Source: Myxococcales bacterium (GTDB lineage Bacteria; Myxococcota_A; Polyangia; Polyangiales; JAFGIB01). From it: DNA of 61,016 nucleotides. The stretch lies in assembly GCA_028817905.1 (NCBI GenBank), contig JAPPOR010000087.1, forward strand, positions 1-61,016. Reading direction: 5' to 3'. A model generated the notes under the pieces. It made no database searches, was not told where the DNA came from, and worked only from the letters and a program-made list of their open reading frames with translations. Positions within the stretch are counted from its first letter, which is position 1. The number at the start of each line of letters is the position of its first letter. Positions 1 through 8,800 of the stretch are shown one piece after another. The translations under genes were made by a program, and so were the position numbers.

Positions 1-54
1 ACGCCCAATTCCGCACCAGCGCCCAACAGTGGAGCACCGCGATGGCGTTCTGAG

Positions 55-732
55 CTAGTCGGAGATCAGCGGCTCGAAGAGCATCGCCCCGGCGATCACG
101 AATACGATATCGAACGCGAGGAGAATTCGAATCCAGCCACCAAGTTCGGCGAGCGGGACCCCTCCTAGCAGGTCCCGTGTCGCCACCACGCCGCACAGGA
201 GCGCGGGCGCCACGATTGGAAACAGCGCCACGGACAGCAGCATGTCGCGCGCCGAAGTACGCACTCCCATCGCGGCAAACAGGGTGCCCGCAGCCACAAA
301 ACCCACCGTCCCAAGGAACAACAGTAAGCACAACACCGAAAGCACAGGCCAAAGTTCGAGGCTGAAGAGGACCCCGACGGCGACCACGAGCATCACCTCC
401 ACCACCGTGAGAAAAACCAGCGCTCCCATGGCCTTGCCGAGATAGATCGACTGGCGGGGCACGGGGGAAAGCAGCAAGGCCCGAATGGCATCGTGCTCGC
501 GTTCTCTAGACCAGCTGCGCCCCATTGCCAGCACGCCCGCGAAAGTGACGGCGATCCACAATACGCCGGGCGCCACGCGCAGGGAGCTCTGGCGATCCAC
601 GTAGAAGGATAGCGACGTGAGCAGGGCAACCAGCAAAGCGAACATCGACGTCGAGATGACGACCTCCCCAGTGCGAAGCTCGATCTGGAGGTCCTTGCGA
701 AGAATCTCGAAACTCGCGCGCCACGTGCCCAT
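55..732 (-). CDS. ccmB: heme exporter permease CcmB (cytochrome c maturation ABC transporter)
   Basis: Polytopic hydrophobic product starting MGTWRASFEILRKDLQIELRTGE, typical of CcmB. The ATG at 732 abuts the stop of the upstream ABC ATPase. The longer track ORF 55..1053 is only an open upstream extension overlapping ccmA. Confidence 0.85.
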   Translation of the reverse strand: MGTWRASFEILRKDLQIELRTGEVVISTSMFALLVALLTSLSFYVDRQSSLRVAPGVLWIAVTFAGVLAMGRSWSREREHDAIRALLLSPVPRQSIYLGKAMGALVFLTVVEVMLVVAVGVLFSLELWPVLSVLCLLLFLGTVGFVAAGTLFAAMGVRTSARDMLLSVALFPIVAPALLCGVVATRDLLGGVPLAELGGWIRILLAFDIVFVIAGAMLFEPLISD

Positions 733-733
733 A

Positions 734-1420
734 CTATGCCCTGCTCTCAGAGCGTTCCGGGTCGCCCCTCTCGCTCGAAGCGACTCGACCACGCGAGAGC
801 GCCAGGCGGACGTCTGCAAGCCGGTCGGACAGTTCGGCATCGTGCGTAACCAACACCACGATGGCGCCACGGTCGCGCTCTGCCGCGACCGCACGCACCA
901 AGCGATCGGTGCTCCCGCGGTCAAGACCGGTCGATGGCTCGTCCAACAACAATAGCTGGGGACGATGCAACACCGCGCGCGCCAGCGCGACCCGCTGCAA
1001 CTGACCACGTGAGTAGGTTCGTACCGCGCGCTGCGCGAAGCGTCCCAGGTCAAAACGCTGAGACACCTCGGTGACCCGCCGCTCGACCTCGGGCAAGCCG
1101 TACAGACGGGCTGTCAAGGCAAGGTTCTCCAGACCGCTCAGATCGGGGTAGAGCATGGCCGCGTGGGCGAGTACCCCGATGGTCCGGCGCAGGGAGCGAC
1201 GTTTGAAAGGGTCCCAGCGACCGAAGCGAATCTCGCCCCGAGTCGGCCGCGACAGAAGCGACAGCAACGACAAAAGTGTGCTCTTGCCCGAGCCGTTGGG
1301 ACCCTCCACCGCAGTGATTTGGCCTGCCTGGAAAGACGCGGTCAGACCCGACAGGGCGCGCGTCGGCCCGTACATCTTGACCAGCCCGCTGACCTGAACT
1401 TCCTGAAAGCTCGCTGACAC
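734..1420 (-). CDS. ccmA: heme ABC exporter ATP-binding protein CcmA
   Basis: Walker A GPNGSGKST, ABC signature SRGQLQRVALARA, Walker B LLLLDEP. Lies directly upstream of ccmB. Confidence 0.85.
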   Translation of the reverse strand: MSASFQEVQVSGLVKMYGPTRALSGLTASFQAGQITAVEGPNGSGKSTLLSLLSLLSRPTRGEIRFGRWDPFKRRSLRRTIGVLAHAAMLYPDLSGLENLALTARLYGLPEVERRVTEVSQRFDLGRFAQRAVRTYSRGQLQRVALARAVLHRPQLLLLDEPSTGLDRGSTDRLVRAVAAERDRGAIVVLVTHDAELSDRLADVRLALSRGRVASSERGDPERSESRA

Positions 1421-1476
1421 CGCCGCGAGGGTAGTCCGCCGACAACGATTCCGCTACAACCTGCAACACTCAGAAC

Positions 1477-1588
1477 CTAGCCCGAATCATTCATGACTTG
1501 GGCACGGGCTTTGGCACCGACGGGAATGCTCCCCGTATTCTCTAAGGGACAGAACCCCGTGGTCGAAGGACAAGCGAAGCGGCGAGCG
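1477..1588 (+). mobile_element. MITE-like inverted-repeat element, truncated copy F (left end and core, no right end)
   Basis: CTAGCCCGAATCATTCATGACTTGG...ACGGGAATGCTCCCCGT...GGTCGAAGGACAAGCGAAGCGG aligns to the full copy at 46324-46490. The left internal-loop block is deleted and the right terminal repeat is missing. Confidence 0.75.
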
Positions 1589-1708
1589 CCACCTGGACCC
1601 AGCAACGGCAACGTGTCTACACCTCGACCACAGGAATCCATTCGAGTTCGCGCACGTCAGAGTGCGTGCGCACCGAGCCCGATCGCATCGCCGATCGCAA
1701 GCGGCGGT

Positions 1709-2191
1709 ATGCCCGACCGCCCCCCGCTGTCGATGATCGTGGCCATGGATGAACGACGTGTGATCGGCCACGCGGGCCGCATCCCATGGAACCACCCTGA
1801 AGATAGACTCCATTTCCGCCGCGCCACACTACATCACGCGGTGATCATGGGCCGTGGTACGTACTCCTCCATCGGGAGGCCACTGCCAATGCGCCACAAT
1901 ATCGTGATCAGCCGACACGGAGCCCTTTCAGCTGCCGGCTGCGAAGTTGCACGGTCGCTGACGCAAGCGATCCAACTGGCCCGACAGAAGGATCCAGAGC
2001 CGATGATAATTGGGGGCGCGCAGGTCTATGCCGAAGCGCTGCCCCTGGCCACCCGCATCTATCTAACCGAAATCCCCGGGCAGCACTCGGGTGATACGTA
2101 CTTCCCCAGCCTTCGGCCCGACGACTGGCGCGAAACCAGCCGCCACACCCTCGGAAAGCTCACCTTCATCACGCTGGAGTCCCCTCGTTGA
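1709..2191 (+). CDS. folA: dihydrofolate reductase
   Basis: MIVAMDERRVIGHAGRIPWNHPEDRLHFRRATLHHAVIMGRGTY and IGGAQVY motifs. ATG at 1709. The upstream part of track ORF 1493..2191 runs through repeat copy F and is not coding. Confidence 0.9.
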   Translation: MPDRPPLSMIVAMDERRVIGHAGRIPWNHPEDRLHFRRATLHHAVIMGRGTYSSIGRPLPMRHNIVISRHGALSAAGCEVARSLTQAIQLARQKDPEPMIIGGAQVYAEALPLATRIYLTEIPGQHSGDTYFPSLRPDDWRETSRHTLGKLTFITLESPR

Positions 2192-2220
2192 ACTGGGGCG
2201 GAGTCCGCCAAGTAGTTGGC

Positions 2221-2877
2221 TCACCGGAAGCGGTCGATCACCTCCAATGCCAAGGGCTCGCTCCATTCACGCTGACCGTCGACGCGCAGGCGAATGACGC
2301 CCTCGCGATCGATGATCCACGTCTCCGGAAAAAGCCGGGTGCCATACTTATCGCGCACCACCTCGCGCTTCGGGTCAAACAGTACTCGCAGTTCTGAGGC
2401 AGGCGGAAAGATCGCCTTGACCTCCTCCCAGTTGTTGTCAGTAGTCACCGCAATGACCTCGACATCGCCTCGCTGTCTTGCCGCCTTCGCGAGTGCTACC
2501 AGGCTTGGCATCTCCTTGACGCAAGGCTGGCAGGTGATCGTCCAAAAGTTCATGACAACGACCTTGCCGCGCGCGTCCGACAATCTCCACGTCTTGCCAT
2601 CCTTGTCCTTGAGCGTGAAGTCGGGCGCGCTCAGATTCGCACCGTAGTAGTGCTGCTCTGTCTTCTCCCCAGCGGCGAGGCGCTCGAACAGGCGATCGCC
2701 GATAAAAGCGCGCATGGGATTCTCGAAACGCCGCAACTCCGCGTCGGCCATCGCCTGAGCGAAAACGAACACAAAGGGGGCCCCGACAACCGCAGCGATC
2801 AGTGCCGGTATCCACTCCCTGTAGGGCGGCGGCGGTGTGGATGGGTTTGTGGGCCGTGGTTGTTGGGTCTTCACCAT
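2221..2877 (-). CDS. TlpA/ResA/DsbE-family thiol:disulfide oxidoreductase (membrane-anchored thioredoxin fold)
   Basis: N-terminal TM helix followed by a redoxin fold with NFWTITCQPC (CxxC). Lies near the ccm genes, so it may be CcmG-like. Confidence 0.85.
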   Translation of the reverse strand: MVKTQQPRPTNPSTPPPPYREWIPALIAAVVGAPFVFVFAQAMADAELRRFENPMRAFIGDRLFERLAAGEKTEQHYYGANLSAPDFTLKDKDGKTWRLSDARGKVVVMNFWTITCQPCVKEMPSLVALAKAARQRGDVEVIAVTTDNNWEEVKAIFPPASELRVLFDPKREVVRDKYGTRLFPETWIIDREGVIRLRVDGQREWSEPLALEVIDRFR

Positions 2878-2894
2878 CGTATACGTCAGGGAGC

Positions 2895-3371
2895 TCAGCG
2901 GATTGGCGCGTCCGTCACTGGCGGCCGCACACGTGCCCCGCCTAAGGCGATGTACACGCCCTTCTCGTCCTCGCCAAGCAGACTCTCGAGCCCGGCGGCT
3001 GCAGAGTTATCGAAGCGGGCCGTGAGCTCCCCGGCCAGAATGCTGCAATAGAGCGCGCCGTCGGGGCCCTGGCGCAGGGTCTGTGGATCGAGCCACTCGG
3101 TGCCCCCACCGGACAGCCGTAGTTGCACCCCCTGCGGGGCCAGAGTGACACCACGAACGAAGAACGGGGGGCCCTCCAACGAAATGTAGGCCCAGTTGAT
3201 ATCGTTCGACAGACAGTAGCGGCCGTCCTCGGCACGTCGGATCCACCCATCGAAGCTCTCCACCAGGCGTGGGTGGGTCAGGGGGTCGGGACCGTCGTAC
3301 CAATGCCCGAGCGCGTCCCGACGAATCGCCGTCTCACGCGTTCGTCCCTTGAGGAATGCTGCCGGCTCCAT
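2895..3371 (-). CDS. DUF1285 domain-containing protein
   Basis: GHWYDGPDPLTHPRLVESFDGWIRRAEDGRYCL resembles the DUF1285 N-terminal signature, recalled from memory. Good third-position GC. ATG at 3371. Confidence 0.6.
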   Translation of the reverse strand: MEPAAFLKGRTRETAIRRDALGHWYDGPDPLTHPRLVESFDGWIRRAEDGRYCLSNDINWAYISLEGPPFFVRGVTLAPQGVQLRLSGGGTEWLDPQTLRQGPDGALYCSILAGELTARFDNSAAAGLESLLGEDEKGVYIALGGARVRPPVTDAPIR

Positions 3372-3381
3372 GGAAGCCAGC

Positions 3382-3549
3382 CTAGCCCGGATCGTTCACG
3401 ACTTCGACGCCGCCTCGCTTGTGCTTCGACTCCACAGGGACTTTCGCCACCCCAGGAAATACGGGGAGTATTCCCGTCGGTCGTCGAAAGCCCTGCGAAG
3501 CCGAATCCCTGCGCGGTCCGACGCCGAAGTCGTGAATGATTCGGGCTAC
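3382..3549 (-). mobile_element. MITE-like inverted-repeat element, full-length copy C (168 bp, inverted relative to copy A)
   Basis: Reverse complement aligns end to end with 46324-46490. Ends are CTAGCCCGG...TTCGGGCTAC. Sits 10 bp upstream of the DUF1285 start codon. Confidence 0.9.
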
Positions 3550-3668
3550 CCCGGATCATTCACGAACCCCACATCGCCTCGCTGGTCCTCGACTTCACAG
3601 CGCTTTGAGCTCTCTGGCAGGTCCGAGCAGCGTGCCGCTCGGTCGCCAAAAACCCCTGTAAAGTCGAG
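3550..3668 (-). mobile_element. MITE-like element, variant copy D (CACGAAC subfamily), head-to-tail with copy C
   Basis: CCCGGATCATTCACGAACCCCACATCGCCTCGCTGG matches the family end. It has its own long stem CTCGACTTCACAG...CTGTAAAGTCGAG and a different apical segment. Confidence 0.7.
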
Positions 3669-3721
3669 TGTTTGTGCTATACACCGCGGCATTGATCAGC
3701 GTCTGGGCTCGTACATTGACA

Positions 3722-3741
3722 AATCGATTATTCAATCAATT
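3722..3741. promoter_or_regulatory. paired palindromic sites AATCGATT-N4-AATCAATT (candidate operator) next to a TTGACA hexamer
   Basis: TTGACA at 3716-3721 is followed directly by AATCGATT (3722-3729) and AATCAATT (3734-3741), 12 bp centre to centre. The same architecture occurs at 5727-5746. Confidence 0.5.
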
Positions 3742-3828
3742 TAACTCTGTTGGAGTAGGTCGCACAGACAACGTACAGCGACGTCCGCTACCCTTCCATC
3801 ATCAGCCGAAATCGCGCGGGGGTCAGCG

Positions 3829-5049
3829 ATGCAGACAGGAGCCGAGACGCAGGTTTCGAAGGCGCTCGCCCAACACGGCGATGTGATCGCGACAATCGAA
3901 GTCCGGCATCTGCGTGCATGGTCATTCCGGCCCTGGGGCCTTTTCATCGGAGCGCTTCGCGTTCTCGGCTTCCTGGTGTTGATCCCACTGTGGATCGTCC
4001 TGCTGTTCAGCGCGGACGCGGGCGAACCGGACGCCAGCGACGACACCGACCGGCGCCCCAAGGGCAGGCGTAGAAGCTACCGCGTCAACAGCCTCGCCCA
4101 CTATCACCACGACCTCGAGGTGCGGCTGCTCGACGCAGCCGGCGCAGCCATCGATGTCTTTCACAGCCGTCCACGCAGCCAGACCGAAGGGTGGCGATTG
4201 TTCGCGACGGTGCTGGGCGCCGCGCGCGACCACCGCTGGATCGTGTCCGAGACCTTGGCTATCCCAGGTCGCGCCGGGGCCGAACTGCAGGAGCTCGTGC
4301 AGCACTGGTACGGCGGGCGGCCGCTGATGTCGCGGCCCGATCTGCGTGACGCACGCGCGCTTGAGGGGGCACTGGGGGAGGTCGGCTTCGAGCTTGCGCG
4401 CGAGGGAGACCGAGTTGAGCTGACGCGCACGTACCCACCGCCCTCGCCCCTAGCGGCGCTTGCACCGTTCCTGGTACTAGTGGGCGCCCTGGTTGCGAGC
4501 GCGTTTGTGACGCCCCTCGGCCCCCTGCTTCCGATCGTGATTCTTCCGTTTGCGGTTGTCGCCCATGCAAGAAAACTGTGGGAGCTCACGTTCGAGTTGA
4601 TCTGCGCCTTGCTGCGGCAATCGGAACGGTATCAACTGACTGTCTCCCCCGGGTACGTTAGCTACCGCGGCAGCAGGGCCTGGCGGCGTCGCGAAGGGAC
4701 CACCGAAGGCGACGTGCTCATCGCCGTGGGCGCATCGGGCAGTCTTGACTATGCGCGGGGCGTCCAGCGACAACCCGCGTTGGTCCGATTGATCGGAGAG
4801 CGCCACACGCTCACCTTGCCTGAAGGGCTGTGCCAACACGTGTCCCTGGCGCTCAGCGACTGGCTTGCGAGCACGATCTTGACCCTGAACGAAAACCTCG
4901 ACACGCACGACCATCGCAGCCGCTGCCCGTATTGCTCGACGTTGTTCGACATCCGCGCGCGCCCTCGCTGTCCATCATGCGGAGCATTTCCGACGGGGGC
5001 AGATAGCCAATGCGCGGCGCCCCCCGAAAGGCATCGGGCCGCAGGGTAA
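3829..5049 (+). CDS. hypothetical membrane protein with C-terminal zinc-ribbon (CPYC...CPSC)
   Basis: Long ORF with high third-position GC, two hydrophobic segments, and C-terminal CPYCSTLFDIRARPRCPSCG. I recognise no family. Confidence 0.6.
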   Translation: MQTGAETQVSKALAQHGDVIATIEVRHLRAWSFRPWGLFIGALRVLGFLVLIPLWIVLLFSADAGEPDASDDTDRRPKGRRRSYRVNSLAHYHHDLEVRLLDAAGAAIDVFHSRPRSQTEGWRLFATVLGAARDHRWIVSETLAIPGRAGAELQELVQHWYGGRPLMSRPDLRDARALEGALGEVGFELAREGDRVELTRTYPPPSPLAALAPFLVLVGALVASAFVTPLGPLLPIVILPFAVVAHARKLWELTFELICALLRQSERYQLTVSPGYVSYRGSRAWRRREGTTEGDVLIAVGASGSLDYARGVQRQPALVRLIGERHTLTLPEGLCQHVSLALSDWLASTILTLNENLDTHDHRSRCPYCSTLFDIRARPRCPSCGAFPTGADSQCAAPPERHRAAG

Positions 5050-5183
5050 CCTCCCCCCACGTCGCTCCTGAGGGTGAGGGCTCCCCGCTTGCCACAAGTG
5101 ACTGACGTGTGCGACCCATAGTACGCCGCGCATCAGCGTGTGCCATGATGGCGCGTGTCGCTGCGTCGGAATAGGAGCAGGCC

Positions 5184-5618
5184 ATGTCGCAACCGAGACC
5201 GACCCCCGAGCAGATGAAGCAGTTTAACCAGACTATCATCGCGGAGTTTCGCGCGAACGCCGGTAAGGTGGGGGGACCCTTCGAAGGCCAGCCGATGGTA
5301 CTATTGACTACAGTGGGCGCCCGCTCGGGCAAGTCGCACACGACCCCGCTGGTCTCGGGCCTAGACGGCGACACGCGCTTTGTGGTCGCTTCGTTCGCCG
5401 GCGCGCCCAAGCACCCAGCCTGGTATCACAACCTGCTGGCCAACCCATCGGTCCAGGTCGAGGCTGGGGAGGAACGCTACCAGGCAACCGCAAGGCCTGC
5501 GGACGAGCCGAAACGCAGCGAGCTCTACGCGGCTATGGAGAACCAGATGAGCGCCTTCACGGACTATCGCCAGGCAACCGATCGGACGATCCCCGTGGTG
5601 CTGCTCGAGCGCGCTTGA
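5184..5618 (+). CDS. nitroreductase-family deazaflavin (F420)-dependent oxidoreductase (DDN/PF04075-like)
   Basis: FNQTIIAEFRANAGKVGGPFEG...LLTTVGARSGKSHTTPL...HPAWYHNLLANP...RTIPVVLLER matches the family pattern. AGGAG lies before the ATG. Confidence 0.75.
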   Translation: MSQPRPTPEQMKQFNQTIIAEFRANAGKVGGPFEGQPMVLLTTVGARSGKSHTTPLVSGLDGDTRFVVASFAGAPKHPAWYHNLLANPSVQVEAGEERYQATARPADEPKRSELYAAMENQMSAFTDYRQATDRTIPVVLLERA

Positions 5619-5726
5619 CGGGGGATCACTCGCCAATGGCCTCCGCGCACACCCCGCCGCGGACCCAGTTGGTCAAGCGAGTCCGCTCAGCAAAGAACGC
5701 CAGGCGATAGAAACCCAAGTCAACAG

Positions 5727-5746
5727 AATCGATTGTATAATCGATT
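5727..5746. promoter_or_regulatory. paired palindromic sites AATCGATT-N4-AATCGATT (candidate operator) straddling a perfect TATAAT
   Basis: AATCGATT at 5727-5734 and at 5739-5746, with 12-bp spacing. Lies upstream of tamB. Confidence 0.55.
5736..5741 (+). promoter_or_regulatory. sigma70-type -10 hexamer TATAAT (candidate tamB promoter)
   Basis: Perfect TATAAT in an AT-rich island of a high-GC genome, upstream of tamB. No good -35 is seen. Confidence 0.4.
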
Positions 5747-5875
5747 GAGACTCCTAGTTGGCCTGTTGGCAGACTCTCGTTGGGGCCCGGGAATCAATCG
5801 GGCCGCCCGGGCGTCCTCCTCGAAACGAGCAGGGCCATCGGGGTCGTGGTAGCTTGTGTATGGATAGGTAGGTAC

Positions 5876-8800
5876 TTGGCGAGTGCCCGGAGAATATTGA
5901 GCGTTTTGCTCCAGTGGTTGTTGCTGCTGGCCTGCCTGGCCGCGGCCGCGCCGCTGCTAGCAACGACTGTCGCGCGAAGCCCGGCCCTGCGCGAGTACAT
6001 CCGTGGCGAAGCCAGGCGAGCAATCCGAGACGAGCTCGGCCTCACCTCCCAAATCGCGGACATCGACCTGGAGCCCGCCAAGCTGTCTCTGGTCGCCAAA
6101 GGGATCACTCTCTACCACCCAGATGAAGGCCGCCTCGTGGACGCTGCTCTGTTGCGCATCCGCCCATCTTGGCTGTCACTGATGCGCGGCACGCTCGACC
6201 TAAATGTCGTGGTGATCGAAAATGCCACCGTTCACCTCAAACTGCGTGATGGCAAGCTCGTGAACCTGCCCGAGCTTCCAGAGACTGACACGCAGAAGAG
6301 CCCCGAGTTCGATCCGCCGCTGTCGTTTCTATCCATACGCAACGCGCACTTGAAGCTCGATGCCGGCGCACAGGGGTCCGGCGAGCTTTCCCACATCGAC
6401 GTGCAGGTCGACGCCACAATAGACAACCTGCTCGAGATCGAACTCAAAGCAGACGACGGCTACATTCGTCACGACAACGGTGAAGACCTCATCCACCGCT
6501 TGGTACTCAAGGCCGAACTCGACAACCAGCACGTGCAGATCGAATACGCCTCACTCGAGCTACCAGACGCCTCGGTTGGGATCGAACGCGGACTCGCGAA
6601 GCTTCCACTGGGCGAGGGGGACTACGCCGGTGACGTAGCGGTCCAACTCAACCTGGCCCAGCTACAGCGCCTACCATTCGACGTGGAATTGCCCAACTTC
6701 CGTGGAAAGATCGAGGTCAAGGGCGAAGTTCAGGGTCGCGGTGAGCAGCTCCTGCGGGGCCAGGGCCAGGTGGTTCTGAGCCGCGTCCACATCGACCAAT
6801 TTGGCCTTGGCGAACGCGTCGTTGTCCAGGTTCAGGCCAACCCCAAGCGGATCGAGTTCGACGCGGTGTTTGATGCCATCGATAACGGAGGCAACCTCGA
6901 TCTGAACGGGCGGCTAGCGCTGCGCGACGGTTTCCCGCTGACAGTCAGAGGTAACACGCGCAACGTAGAGTTCGCTAAGCTCATGAAGCAACTCGGCGTC
7001 TCGGACAATGCAATCGTGGACTGGCTCTTGGTAGGCAAGTTCGAGCTCGCCGGCACGACCGACCCACTCATGCTCCGTGGCCCGATGCATTTCGACACGC
7101 GGGACTTTCAGATCACCCAGGGCCCCTACCACGAGCGCCCCAAACGTCACATCCTAGCCATCCCCAAGGCGGAACTCGATGGCCAGGTGAAAGTATCCGA
7201 CGAGGGCATTCAGCTTCTCGATGTAGACGCAACCCTGGCTCGTTCGCGACTGGAAGTCGCCGAGGTGCTGCTGGGCTTCGACAACGCCCTGCGAGTGCAT
7301 GCACAGGGCGCGGAGATAGACCTCAACGACCCGTCTCCGCTACTGCAATTCGCTTTGGATGGCCAGGGCGCCTTCGACGTCGATGTCACCGGAACGTTCA
7401 ACGACCCGGTGGTCGTCGGCTCACTGATCTTCAAGCGCTTCGGCTTCAACACCTTCCCCTTTGGCGACCTCAGCGCCGACTTCAGTCTCGAAAACGACTC
7501 TCAAGCCGTACGCTTCACGAACGTCGAGATCCTCAAGCGCGATAGCCACTATCGCACGAATGACCTGTTCATGGACTTCTCGGAGGGACGCCTTTCCGTC
7601 GAGACCGAACTGTCGCTGGTGCGCCTGGCACTCTCCGACTTCTATGACGTATTCCACTACGAGAACGACGAGCGCTGGACCCCCTACCAAGGTGAGGTGC
7701 GGGGCACGGCCGACATCCGCTACACCCTTGGATTTCCCGGAGACAGCCCGAACGGGACCATGCGAGCTGCCATCGATCTCGACATTCCCAACGCCATCCT
7801 GGACGAGTATGCGTTCACGGATGGCCACTTCACAGGGCGCTGGGATTGGTACGACCACATGCTCGGCTATCAAGGAGGTGACCTGACAATCGACTCGCTG
7901 GCGCTGCGAAAAGGGGAGGGGACGGCAAGCATATCCGGCCACATGCGAAGGGGCGAGCTCGACTTGGTCGTGCTAGGCGACCGGATCGCGGTCAAGGACA
8001 CCGAGGGTTTCGGCCAACGCGTCCCTGGTTTGTCGGGAACCTACGGAGTGGCAGGCACCGTCAAAGGCGATGCCTCGCTACCGCGCGCCGATCTAGACCT
8101 GAATGGACAGGGTCTGCGCTTTCACGGGGCGCCCTTGGGCGAAACGCGCGCGTACGTGCGCCTGACTCACAAAGGCGACCCTTGGATCGCCAGCGCTCTT
8201 GGCTGGCCACAAGGTCAGCCCCCCGCCGAAGCGCCCTGTGGCCACGGGCGCGAAGGGCTCGCTCGCGGCACCTGGCCCGAGGACCCTCCCCTGCGCACCA
8301 TCGATGGTCCCGAGCCGGCGCTTCTCAAACCGATGGCGTGGGTCATCTGCGGCGAGGCGATGGACGGCCAGATCCAGATCGACATGGCCGTGGGGCGGAC
8401 CAAGCCTATGCCGCTTCGGGGTCGGGTCAAACTCTCGCAGTTGGCGCTCGGCACGGTACTGCCCCGGGGACCGGGCGGAGAACAGCTGGAAGGCATCGCA
8501 ACGGGGCACCTTCATCTCACCGACGGCGCCATGCTGGAACCCAGTACCCTCGGCGGCGAAGTCTACTTCAGCACCCTTCGTGCCGGTCAGATGGCGATGG
8601 AGCTGCAGAATAGCGGCCCGGTTCACGTGCGCTTCGACGAAGGCAGCCTCAACGTGCTGAGCGCTGAATTCATCGGACCGGCATCCATGCTTCAAATCCA
8701 CGGAGGCGGTTCAACCAAGCGCGGCCTCGCGCTCACGGTCGACGGCAATCTCGACCTTGGCTTGCTGACCGGTCTCTCCCACACCGTTACGGACGCCACG

